64,000 nt of DNA from Amoebophrya sp. A120. Taxonomy: Eukaryota; Protista; Dinoflagellata. Positions 36,136-47,400 of this stretch are shown here, piece after piece (position 1 is the stretch's first letter; every line of letters begins with the position of its first letter). The notes beneath the pieces are model-generated. The model ran no database searches. It was not told the DNA's origin and saw only the letters and a list, made by a program, of their open reading frames with translations. Made by a program: the position numbers and the translations under genes. Where the stretch lies: the NCBI GenBank assembly GCA_905178155.1, contig CAJINV010000012.1:1802492-1866491 (forward strand). The letters run 5' to 3'.

Positions 36136-37035
36136 CTAGGAAAAGAAGCAAAGTACCTCCGGGAAGATTGTGGTCACGCGCTCGATCCAGGTCGCCGCAA
36201 GTTGCTTTCCTGTTTCGTTCGAGGATCTGATCACCACGCTTACCAGTTCCTCACACTCTTCGATTTTGTCGCTTAGCACCGTCAACCTGTTTTCGGTAAG
36301 TTTGTTTGCTATAGAAAAACGAGATGTCCACGCACAGAATCTCATATTCAAAAAACGCATGCGCTCTTGGTGTCAGCAACATCGTCATGCTTATGAATGA
36401 TCGGCACTGGAGGTTGAGCGCCGCGTATCCGGCCGGGTTTTCCTTTCGAAATCGTTTTGCTGCGTGCTGGGAATGGTTGCCGATGAGACACAGGAGAGCC
36501 GGATCGGGTAGCATCTTCCGGATCACCGTGATCGCTGATTTTGATGCTAAAACGATGAGCAGCAGTTTTTGCATGATGAAAGAATTTGCATAAGAAATTA
36601 AAAGCAAAAGTCTTTGCATGATGATAGAAGTCGCCTCGTGCATGACAAATTCAAAAAAAAATAAGTACCTTCTTTTTGTTCGTATCTCATCGCCCGCATT
36701 TCGTTGTGTAAGGTGCCGACATGTCCGGGGGAACGGAGCTTATTGAGATAGTATTCAATTATCATGTCCAGCTCCTCGTCCGACATACGGCGTTCAATGG
36801 GTTGCCCGCGTTCGTGGAACCGCTGGACAAACTGCCGCAGCTGCGGGCGAGAGATCTTGTTCCCCATGTAATAGAGGCGGACGACGATCTGCGATTCGAT
36901 TAACGTCGGAAGCGGCAGTGTGTTGCTGCACAGCTCGTTGGCGATCTTGGTCGATCCATCAGGTCCCAAATACGGATCCAATAGAGCTCTGTCGAACTCT
37001 TGGGCGATTGCGTCTGCCCGTAGTGTTGGCGGCAT
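36136..37035 (-). CDS. Three-exon helical hypothetical protein, convergent with the recombinase
   Basis: Exons about 37035-36669, 36546-36391 and 36308-36136; GT-AG join QKE|ASKSAITV is in frame; second intron probably GC-AG. Confidence 0.65.
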
Positions 37036-37341
37036 TTTTGTCCTACAACAAAGGAAAATGCACTTTTTTTACACAGGAAAACTACAGAAGATAGTCAGAA
37101 AAAATTCAAAAAGCACAAGCACTGTAAGAGTGCCGACCAGAAGAAACGCACCCGCTAGCGCTATCACTTCGCGTCAAGTCCTACTATTTTACGCGGTGAG
37201 AACGTTGTATTTTGGTGGTGGATTCTTATGTGGCGAGGAGCTGCAGGCGGTTGAATTTACAAGGAAACTGGTATCGCGTGGACGTCTTGGAGGGAGATAT
37301 TACTAAGAAAGTGAAAGCTTTTTGGTCCGTCCAAAGTCAGG

Positions 37342-37476
37342 TCATCTAGAATCATTCTAGCCAAACCTCCGAAAATCTGCAAAATCTGTGGATTTTCTAG
37401 GAAAGTCGTCGACTTTCCTAGAAAGTAATCAATTTCTGAGAAAAATATGACCTTTGGCTAGAATGATTCTAGATGA
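37342..37476. repeat. Nested palindrome centred at 37409
   Basis: 24-bp perfect outer arms TCATCTAGAATCATTCTAGCCAAA (37342-37365 / 37453-37476); inner TTTCTAGGAAAGTCG-T-CGACTTTCCTAGAAA (37394-37424); both share one centre. Confidence 0.9.
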
Positions 37477-37922
37477 GACGACTTCGGGGCGACCATTTCG
37501 GAAGGATTTTCTCTTATGAATTGACGCCGGTGAACTACAAACGTCCATCTGGCGAGCCCTGTACGACCCGACTACTTCGTCTTCTAGATCGAGACTCTGC
37601 GTTCGGAGACAGGCACTTGGAGCACTTTTTGGAACATACTAGACCACTAGAAACCTCGCGTGGAACTGAAGTCGACGAGGAAAACGCCGCGGAAATGAGA
37701 CGCCCACGCTCGTGCTTTTTCTTGGTGTACAGGATCCGAATGCTACCAGATACGCGCTACAGATGCTGAAAAATCTACGAACCAGAAGCAGTGCTGAAAC
37801 TATTATACAGGTAGGCTTACAGCTTTTATCATACAGAATGAGACTTTTTTTCGAAGCAAAATAGAGCACATTTAATTTTTTTTCACAAAAATGCCCGCGC
37901 ATCGTTATGCCTACCCTCGTCG

Positions 37923-38195
37923 CTACTCATCGCCATCACTATCAGAATCCTCGACCAGTTTGTCATATTTCGTAGTAGAGTCTATGTATGTTTCCAGCGC
38001 TAAAGCAGCCGCATTCTCAAGATCTTCACTAGGTGGAACGACATCGACTTTCAAAAATTTTGCAACTGCCTTCATCAGGTCGTGCCGCGCAAGAGCGATA
38101 CTCGTTGCGTCGCGCTGTCGCTTTTTTGTGGTTCTGGCGAAGCACGGACTATGGAAAGAAAAACGCGTCTTCATTGATGTGGAGTAAGAGCGCAT
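37923..38195 (-). CDS. Small hypothetical protein with acidic tail (90 aa)
   Basis: ORF with protein-like composition only. Confidence 0.35.
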   Translation of the reverse strand: MRSYSTSMKTRFSFHSPCFARTTKKRQRDATSIALARHDLMKAVAKFLKVDVVPPSEDLENAAALALETYIDSTTKYDKLVEDSDSDGDE

Positions 38196-38199
38196 GGCG

Positions 38200-38317
38200 C
38201 TCCGAGTGAAGATTTTACTTAGGCCGGCGGACCTAAATAAAGTTTTTTTTAGGGATTGCGTTCTAAATAAATTTTTTATTTAGGTCCGGCGGCCTAAGTA
38301 AAATTTTCACTACGGGA
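38200..38317. repeat. Hairpin containing putative recombination sites 2 (38212-38243, +) and 3 (38273-38304, -)
   Basis: ATTTTACTTAGG-CCGGCGGA-CCTAAATAAAGT and reverse-complement ATTTTACTTAGG-CCGCCGGA-CCTAAATAAAAA; about 38200-38271 is also a direct repeat of about 36012-36085. Confidence 0.8.
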
Positions 38318-38319
38318 CA

Positions 38320-41300
38320 TCACCCATCCTTCTCCACATCAACGAAGCTCTTTTCCTGGTTGAGATAATTTACCCGGATCTCGTACTCCTCCGCCGGGAT
38401 GTCATGCACAGGGCTCTGTCTCTGACCGATTCGGACCGCGACGGCGCGGTTCGAATTTTTTGGAATGTGGGCGTGCCAGCAGGACCGCTCCGGTCGGTAG
38501 ATCACGCACACGACCGACAGCTCCGACTCTTGCAACAACTCGGGGCAGACAACCTGCTGAGAGACAGTGTCCCGCCACCGCACCTCCCGGGTTGTGCGCG
38601 TTTTCGTCGCGACGACATTCTGCAGAGCCACGTCCTCACTTGATTCCTGTTGCTTCTTCGGAATGAAAAACCCCTCCCGCTCATGCTGTTGCGACCGCCA
38701 ATCACGGGTGGAGACCGTGAACCGCACAGATGATCTCGCCTCGTCCCAGAAGATGCTGTACGACTCGCGGGGTAAAGTGTGGAACGTGAGCTGCTTCGTG
38801 TGCCTTCCCTTCTTCGGCTTCAACTCTCCGAGAGGATTTGCCGCCGAAGGTAAGGAGGAAACTATTCCGCTCAGGTCGATCCACTTGCTCAGCGTTTTTA
38901 CTTTTACGTCGGAAACGGAAAAGAGGAGGTCTTCCTGCTGCGGATTCAGCAACGAGTTGTTCTTGGAGTCGGGATCTGGATTGAGAAGCAAAAGCCACGC
39001 GCGGTTGTTGGCTGACTTGTTGAAGACGAGGTAGGTGGGCTCCCGTGCTTGTGCACGTTCGTCACCAGGGTTGGTGGTCTGGGCGGTTAGTAATGCGCCG
39101 AGCTGTAGTTCCTTCGCGAGCGTTGTTGCTGCTCCGGAAAAATGCTTAATCACGCAAGGAAGGTCCAGCGTTCGCCTGCAGATTTCTGGAACTTCCACCC
39201 TGCCGGCCGCGCCAATTGCTGTGCCGATCGTGCGGCCCTCGAGAAACTTATCAATCCAGCTTTTGTGCTTCTGGTTCATCTCCAACGCGTTCTCCAGAGC
39301 CGGATTAATTTTGTCTAAACCGTGGTCCCGCGCCTCGTCGGTGACGATCAGCTCGTGGACGAAAGGGGAAGCCTGAGAAAGTTCGGGCCGCTTTGTCCGG
39401 ATTGCTCTTCCCTCTTTGAACCGGAGGTCCGTGCTGCGCTTCCGCTCGTTTTCCAGTGGTTCAAATTCCGTCCAGGGCAACATCCGGTCGCGGGAGTTTT
39501 CGGCTCTCCATCCTGCTCTTTCGTGTCCGAGATTTGGCGCCGCACGGTGTTGGTTCGCGGAGGTGGATTGCAAACTTTCGACGAACTGCGCCATGGTGTG
39601 ACTGCCTATCATCAGCGGCGCGGTAATTTCGAAGAGCCCGTCACTCATCTTTCCGCCGTCGCGCATCTGCACCAAGTCCGCCTCGTACTTTTTGATGAAC
39701 ATCCCCACGAACAGGTCGCACTTGGTTAGGTCGAGAGAAAGAAGCAACGCCGCCGCGACGCTCTTTTTCTCTCCGTGGAGACCATGGATCAAAAACGGAA
39801 AGGCAAAGTATTGCTTTTCCCTGTCTGGCAATCGGACTAGTATCATGATGATGATGAGAAGCCCGAGCCTGTCGCCCTCGTGTCGACCATCAAAATACTT
39901 CCGAAGCAAATCCCTGTAAAACGACAGGTAGTGTCCGGAACTCCGTTTCTTCGACATCTCGGACAACGACGCATCAGACCACAGCAGTGTAGCATCCCGC
40001 TCCAGTCGGTTTGAGGCGTGGTCCAGCTCCTGCGCCTGCTCGTAAATTGTTCGCACACTTTTCCAGAACTCGTCCTTCAGTCCGTGCTGTCGGGCGGTAA
40101 TAGCTGTGGCACGGAGGTCCTGCTGCCTGTCTCCCGGCTTCAACAACTCCAAGCACGCGCGAACATTGCAAGTATGCACATCAACACCTCCGCAGCTGTA
40201 CAGAGAAATAGAAAACTTAGAAAAGCAAAACGCTTTTCTTTGTTCCAATGTAAAGAAATTTGTCATGCGTTTTTTTTTTGAGATGCAAAGAAACCATACA
40301 GCTGCGGGCATTTTGCAAAACATAATTCTCATTCGCAAGCAACTTCTCCAACGTCGGCGTCTGCGTGTTCCACCGCTCCGTGTAGAATTCGGGAATCGAG
40401 GGGACGTGATCCTGGAGCCACAACATCGCTGCCTTCTGCACCGCTTTGATGCCGGCAATAATTTCCGGGTGGAAGATGTTTAACATGGAATTTATTTCGT
40501 CACGAAGCAGGTGCAGCTGGTGGCCCATGCAGATGTAGTGGATGACGAAGTACTCCAAAAATTGGAAGTCGTGTATGTTATTTGGATTGGCCTGCTGCCG
40601 GTCGTACCGCTCGCGGTAGGTGCCGTACGCCCCCCGTCGCACTTTCTTCATTGCCTTCAGCTGATCGCTACCGCAATCAGTTGCAGCCGACATAATCACG
40701 ATCGGATCGCCGCGGAGTTCCAAAGTAGTCGAGCCGGGTAGTGGGACGCTGGGAATCATTTCGCACATGTCGTTGAGGACATGCTGCCACCCGGCCTTGT
40801 GTTTCCTCCCCGCTGGAACTATTGGCAGGACCTGGATCGTCCGCATCTTTCCGTTGGCGCGGATCAAAGCAACCTCCATGCTAATCAGACTGGAAGCCCG
40901 CTTGTATGGCGTCCCATCTGGTCCCAACCGCACGACGATTACTGGTCTGTAAATTGTCGCCGTTGCGACTATCAACCTCTCCGGATCGACGACTGTTACC
41001 CCTCGCCGCGAAACTTGCAGTCCGTCCGTGTTCTCTTCCACCGCGCCTACTACTTTTCCGGAAGCGTCGCGTTGGATCGTCGTAGTAGCGCGATGCAGCG
41101 ACGCGACGTCGCTGTCTGTGAAGCACTGCGCGTCCACATCGTTTCGGTACTCCCGGACACGGTGAACTAACTCTTCGGCCCGCTCCGCTGCCCTCCGGTA
41201 GGCGTCGTTCAGCAGCTTCACCTGTCGATCGTTTTCCGCTTTGAAGAACTCGTGATCTGCGAACGATTTGTTGTTCGACAACTCTACGAACTTCCTCCGT

Positions 41301-43000
41301 TTCGGTGCGGAGCTTTCGTCCACCGACGTCAAGACCTGCTCCTCCCCCCTCCAAACTTTCCGACCAACCCCGGCTTCGAGCATGACCTCTTTTTGGAGTC
41401 GCAGTCTCGACCTGTGCTGCGTCAGTTCCTCCGAGCCGAAAAAAATTTGCAACAGCTGAACCTGTGATGTGAAAGCAATGCAGTGGGATGAGTAAAATCT
41501 TGGAGAACAAATCGAACCAACAAGAAAAAAAACAGGCAAATCTGCGGCTTCGGGAAGTGTCAACTTTTATCATACACAAAACAAACCCAACCAAAGAGAT
41601 ACCTTCTTCGTGCAGGTTGCAGTCGAAATTCCCAAACAGTGCCGAAGATACAGCCACTGCCTGTCCGGGTTGTCTTTCAACGAATCGAAGACACTCCACT
41701 TCACCATCGTCGCAAACTGTTCCCGGATGTTGTTCTTCTTCCGCACCGTCTCCTGCTCATCTTCCGACAACTGCTGTTCCTCGGACCAATCGACGTCCAG
41801 CTTGTACTTGCGGAAAGCTTTCTGGTAGCGATCTCGCAGCCAAATTTCAGCAAACTCACGAAGCTGCTCAACTGTTAGACCCTTCCCGATTTTGATGCCG
41901 GTAACTTTCATCTTCAACTTGCAGGCACGCTGGACTTGCTCCAACGTCGGAAGCGTTTTTTTCTTCCACCCGGAGCCGTCGCTCTTCAGGTCCTCCTCAT
42001 CTTCAAACTGCATCGAAACCCACGCGAGCAGTTGGTAAATGTCCTGCCATGTTTTGGCTGCTGCAATACACTTTTCGACGAAGATGAGCTTGATTCTTTT
42101 TTGTCTCTGCACATCCTCGCGAACCGAATCAGAAGAGCTTGCCGCTGATGTCGACGACGTAGACGTGGAGAATGGCGATGGTTGCGCGACCACTGAAGAT
42201 GATGACGCAGATGATGAGGCACCTGCTGACGAGGATTGTATTGATGGCCCAGCTTCCAGCTGTGAAGTGGTTACCGGCGGAACCGCAGTGGTGGTGTTTT
42301 TCATAAACGACGTGATGCTGTCCATCAACGCCGCCGAATTTTTTTTGACCTGCGAGGCTGGGACTAGTGGCGGCTCGTCCGGCTTCAAGGTAAAGGCGCG
42401 TGCAACTACTGTGCAACAAAAAGCGAAACCAGATCTAGACGCACACGACAATTTTATCTAGGCCAACGGACCTAGATAAATTTTTTATCTAGGCCAACGG
42501 ACCTAAATAAAATTTTTTTCAGGCCTGAATGACAATCGGTTTTGTGTTGTCGTCTGGATGTGGTTTGCTTTTGCACTACTCATACATCTCCCAGGCAACA
42601 GTGCTGCCCCGGTACCCGTTGACGACGATGCACTCGACGACGACCCACCGGATGACGAAGAGCTGGATGAGGAGCAGCTACTTGATGATCCACCGGAAGA
42701 TGAGGAGCCACTACTGCTGCCACTGCTCCCGGACGAAGCGCTACTGCCCCGCCGCTTCTCGTCTTCGTCCTTTCCCGTCCTGAAGCTGATGTCGAATTCA
42801 GCATCAGGGTCTGACTCGGTAGGGGGAAAGATGGGGAAGAAGTCGCCCTGTTTTGCGCCCAACTTCAACTTCCCCGACAAGTTGCTACTACCAGCGGACG
42901 ACGACGCGGACTTGCCGGACTCATTGCGGCGCTTGGCTTTTGGCCCGGTCAACTTGGGCACCGTCCCCTTTCCCGGTATGTGCAGGTTAACGCGCGGCAT
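38320..43000 (-). CDS. Spliced hAT-like DDE transposase (~1400 aa, 4 exons)
   Basis: Ordered motifs IQRDAS (D1, tentative), AATDCGS (D2), ICMGHQLHL (CxxH), TERWNT (TRWNS-like) and QFVESLQS (E); exons about 43000-42586, 42409-41603, 41462-40300 and 40196-38320; exon 3/4 junction unresolved. Confidence 0.75.
42451..42513 (+). repeat. Tandem putative recombination sites 4 and 5 in transposase intron 1
   Basis: (A/T)TTTTATCTAGG-CCAACGGA-CCTA(G/A)ATAAA twice, 31-bp period. Confidence 0.75.
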
Positions 43001-43952
43001 TGTTGGGCGAACAAAAAAAAAAGCTTTGCTATCGAGGTGAAACTAGAGGACAAGTGGCGTAGTGGAAGATGCGAGACGAGGCGCAATTCTAGGCCCGTAA
43101 ACTACACAACACGTGCGACGAGTAGCCCCATTCTCTCAACGTTTCTTTCTGGCCGGATAGCGACCACAAGTCCCTCAGATGGCTTTGCGTGATTTATCGC
43201 TCAACGATGACGGAGCACAGACAAGATGGCAACAACCAGAGACGAGCACCCGACAAGAACTGTTTTTTACGACATCGGCAGTGCCAGAAGTTTAACGAGT
43301 CTGGTGCACAAATTTGGCAGGCTGTGTACCATGCAGCATAATCTTATGCACGACGCTGCTCTGCTCATCTTTTTAATGACTACTGTGCCGCGCAGTATAA
43401 TGTTACTCTGGGCGCTACTATAAGTCAGAAAAATGGACAACCTTTAGTGGTCTGCTTCGCCATCCTCTCCAGTCGCTGTGAGAATTGGAAGGCAACGGCG
43501 CCACAGATGAGAGGACTGGTTGCTCTCCGACCACCCACACGTCAGAAATGTGCCGGCAGCTGCCACATCGCGCACCGAAACCAAATGCCAGCACGTTGCT
43601 GCGTCGCCGGAGGACAAAGCTCCAGATCCGCACTTGTGGGCGCACATGTATTGTTTTGTTTTTGATTTTGGTTTTGTTTAATGATGATTGTTTTTGGTTT
43701 TGTTCAATGATGATACTCGATGCGCAACTAACCTCGCCAGCATCACAACGCCAAAAAACAAGCTTGATCTGCAGAGTCGACATCATCACCATGTACATGC
43801 TCACGACTTTCGCCTATCAATGTCTTATGTTGTTCATACCTTCAGGCCCATCTCCGAAAATCGAAACGCCGCATCTTCGCTTCCTGGTTTATCAAGTTCC
43901 GTTCCCCGAGCGGAATCGGGGCGGAACAGCGATCCCAACAGGCTTTTGAATC

Positions 43953-44487
43953 GTTGTGGTTCTCCTCTAAACCACAACTATTGGTCGCGTCCCCCCGTGT
44001 TTGCACCGTCGCGGAACCGGGTGATTGGTAAAACTGGGGCTTTCGGGAAGTTTGCATGGCAAATCCATGCAAATGACCATATTCCATACCATGCTGCATC
44101 ATCTTATGCACGACGACACTGCGGTCGTGTGCTTTTCATCACAGTCATACCCTGGGGAGTAATGTCATGCACGATGGTGCTCTATGCGCAGAAAAACCCA
44201 GTAGTCAAAGGCTTCAACGGGTACCATCATGAGTAGCACTATGCTCGATGGTGTTCGAATGCAAAGGATATTTGTAATGCAAACATTCCCGAAGCCCCAG
44301 TTTTACCGCTACCTGAACCGGGACCCTTCCACCGATCAACTTGGTATTTGTGTTGCAAATCGCGCGAACAAACGACGACGGTAGGACCAACTGCTGGAGG
44401 TTCCGGATTGATCTACTTCTAGCGTTTTCCAGAAGTACAGCGCAAAACCATGCGCAGGTTTTTGTAATCTGTCCGTCCATATGTATA
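43953..44487 (-). repeat. Right segmented terminal inverted repeat
   Basis: Reverse complement of the three left-end blocks. Confidence 0.95.
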
Positions 44488-44494
44488 TTCAAGT

Positions 44495-47400
44495 CTATGC
44501 CTCGTTCCACCAGTTGTGGTTCTGGTTTTGCTTTTGGTTCTTTTGAGCAATAAAAATGTTACAACTACGTCGTGGCTTTATTTCTGTTTTCCCCTCGATA
44601 GACAGGTTCGGCTGCTGCACCAAAACCACTCCGCCCGCATTGGTAGCGCCCGCGTTTTTCGCCATCGCCGACTGGATCATCTGCTCGACCTCCTCCTTGC
44701 TGGTATTGTGAGCAAAAATACCCCCACGGCCCCACACTCAAAGCGAAAGTTGTTCGTGATGCTGATTTGTGTCGCCTCAAATGCAACACAAAGCCGACTT
44801 GTGTACACAAATCCAGAAACAGAAGTATGTATGCGTTTTGAATATGGGATCGGGGGATTGTAGTTCATCTTGATAAGTGAGGCCGGTTCCCTTCTTGTCC
44901 GGGGATTCGTTCACGGCCGCCATGATAGACGACCCGAGGTTCCTATGCATTGCAAAAGTACTAGCGCCATCATCTTCTCGATAGTAGTAATTGCAATACA
45001 AATTTTAATTTTCGCTGCAACTTACTACAAGACAAGAAGTCGCGCAAGAAAAAATTACCATGCAGAGTCAGGAACAGAGAACGAGAAGACAGCTTCATCC
45101 TGCATAATTGTAATGCATCGATGAAGTAAGAAGTTGAAGTACTACGTAAGAGCGCGAAGATACAAGGACTTTTGCGCACCGTCGTAGCTCCCACTGCCGC
45201 TGATCGAGACGACCCGAGGTTGCAAAAGTTGATGTAGCGCCGTCAGCGCGATAGTAGTAATTGCAATACAAATTTTCGCTGCAAGAACTTATTACAAGAC
45301 AAAACGTCGCGCAACAAGAATTTACCATGTAGAGTCAGGGACAGGGCAGACAGCTTTAATATCATGCAAAAGTGCATAGATGAAGTACTAGTACGAGAGT
45401 GATATGACAAGGACTTTTGCGCAGCGTCGTAGCTTATCAAATGCAAATATGTCTGGGGCAGGGGCAGGAAGTAGAATGCTAGGTTTGTCATGCACGGTTA
45501 GCATGGCTCGCAAGTCTGTCATGCACGCAACCCAAAAGGAAGAGCCACATTTCTCTGTCATTCAGAAACGCAGTTTGTAATGGAGATAGGCAAGACTATA
45601 CTAACTCCAAAACTTGTTATGCGTGGCTGTCAGTGAAGGCGTCCACATGATTCGCCAAACAGCATCACAAGTTTCCAGACCCAGACATATTTGCAATGGA
45701 TATAGCTCCCACTGCCGCTGATCGAGACGAAGCCAGATTTCAGGGCGACCAGCAGGACGACGAGCGTCACGACCATGTCACAGTATGCCGTGTACGCCAG
45801 GGCCAGACCATATGGCGTTCTCAAGCATTACCCTCTCAACTGTTACATGAATCTGTGATGCAATATATAGCAAAGGTGAAAGAGGCAACGTAGCGCGCTT
45901 TGCATCACAAATCGGGAGCGGATTGCCATGCTGTTGAGCGTATCGAAAATTTGTCATGCAAGGTAGCTTTCTCGTCGTGTGGAGGGCGATCAGGATTAGG
46001 CAGATTGCATGACGAATTCATGTATACAATTGAGAGTATAACGTTTGAAAATGCCATAGACCGAAGGCGTCGCCCGCGGCACGGCACTTCTTTGCGTTGT
46101 AGTAAAAGGCGTACGTGGTTCCCTCATTATCCCCGTTGTAGGATGGGCAGCCCCACTATCCACAGTAAATTTCCCGTACACGTACAAATGTGGTTTCTGC
46201 ATGACAAAACTTGCCTTCAATCATAGTGCAGCATGACAAGCTGGGCTCTGCAAGGTAGCGAAATTTGTCATGCATTTTGTACATGTAGAGAAAATTTACA
46301 TTGCATACCCACCACGAGGAAGTGTCCATGCTGTCCATCAGCGACCCGTCGATCCTCTCCTATCAACTGTAAAAATGTCTGGGTCTGGAAACTTGTGATG
46401 CTGAGTGGCGTAGCATGAGGAGGCCACAAGTGCTGGCTCAGCATGGCAAATTTATGAGCTTGTAGGTGTTGCCTATTCTGCATGACAAATTGCGTCTCCG
46501 CATGACAGAAAAATGCGGCTCTTGGGCAACGTACATGACAGATTTAATAGTAATGTCAGACAAGTATGACAAACATGCATTCTTCCAGACCCAGACATTT
46601 TTACATTTGATATCTCCTTGTTGTCGCCAATATGGCTTTCGCACCACTTCAAGTCCGAGCTGCTCAGGTCCGCCTTGCAAGAAGAGAAGCGAATGATAGA
46701 TACCTATTGATTGGTTGAATACGAAAAAGCATATGGTTATCGCATAATTTATCTACCTCTTACATCCACGAAATCGTATAACATTGAATTTCATCTTCGC
46801 GTCGTCTTCTATCGCAGTAGTAGAGCCTTAAACCAACACTGTATGCTTCATGCATCTGCAATATGATTGGACAAAATAACAAAAACGCAACAGCTCCTCC
46901 GACTTCGCGCAAACGGCTAAGTCGGGAAAATCCAGGAAATTCATGCGTATCTGTCACATGTGTACTTACTGCAAAGCTTTCAAATTCCGCCCAAAATTGA
47001 AAGCATTTGCAGCAGGCATGTGCGTTTTTGGCTTTAATTTGCAGCCTCTACAGTACACATGTGACGAATTTCTTGCGTTTTCCCGACTTAGCCGTTTGCG
47101 CGAAGTCGGAGGAGCTGTTGCATTTTTGTTATTTTGTCCAATCATAATCTGCAACAAGATCTACACGAAAATGAATCCGCGGCGTCATGAGCTCTGCGTA
47201 ACTAAACAATCATATCAAGTAGAAATCAATACCGTGTCCCCAACCGCGCTGCGGGTGTGCGGCGGGCGATGGCGTATTCGCAGTACCAGTAGCAGCCAAG
47301 GAGCGGAGCTGGGCCTGCAGGTCGTCCGGGATATATCGCAAGAAAAAACTGTTTCACTATGAACTTGTGATGCAGAAAATAAAACACAAAAGTGTTTGAT

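Larger units (their letters stand above)
30316..44487. mobile_element. 14.2-kb TIR DNA transposon encoding a hAT-like DDE transposase and a tyrosine recombinase
   Basis: Inverted terminal blocks 30316-30400/44403-44487, 30442-30530/44272-44361 and 30731-30851/43953-44073; internal transposase and recombinase genes; no clear TSD. Confidence 0.85.

Noticed and set aside
30307-44496. 9-bp TSD for the large element (TTCAGGATG / TTCAAGTCT)
   Set aside because: Only 5/9 identity, and no 5- or 8-bp match either, so no TSD is called
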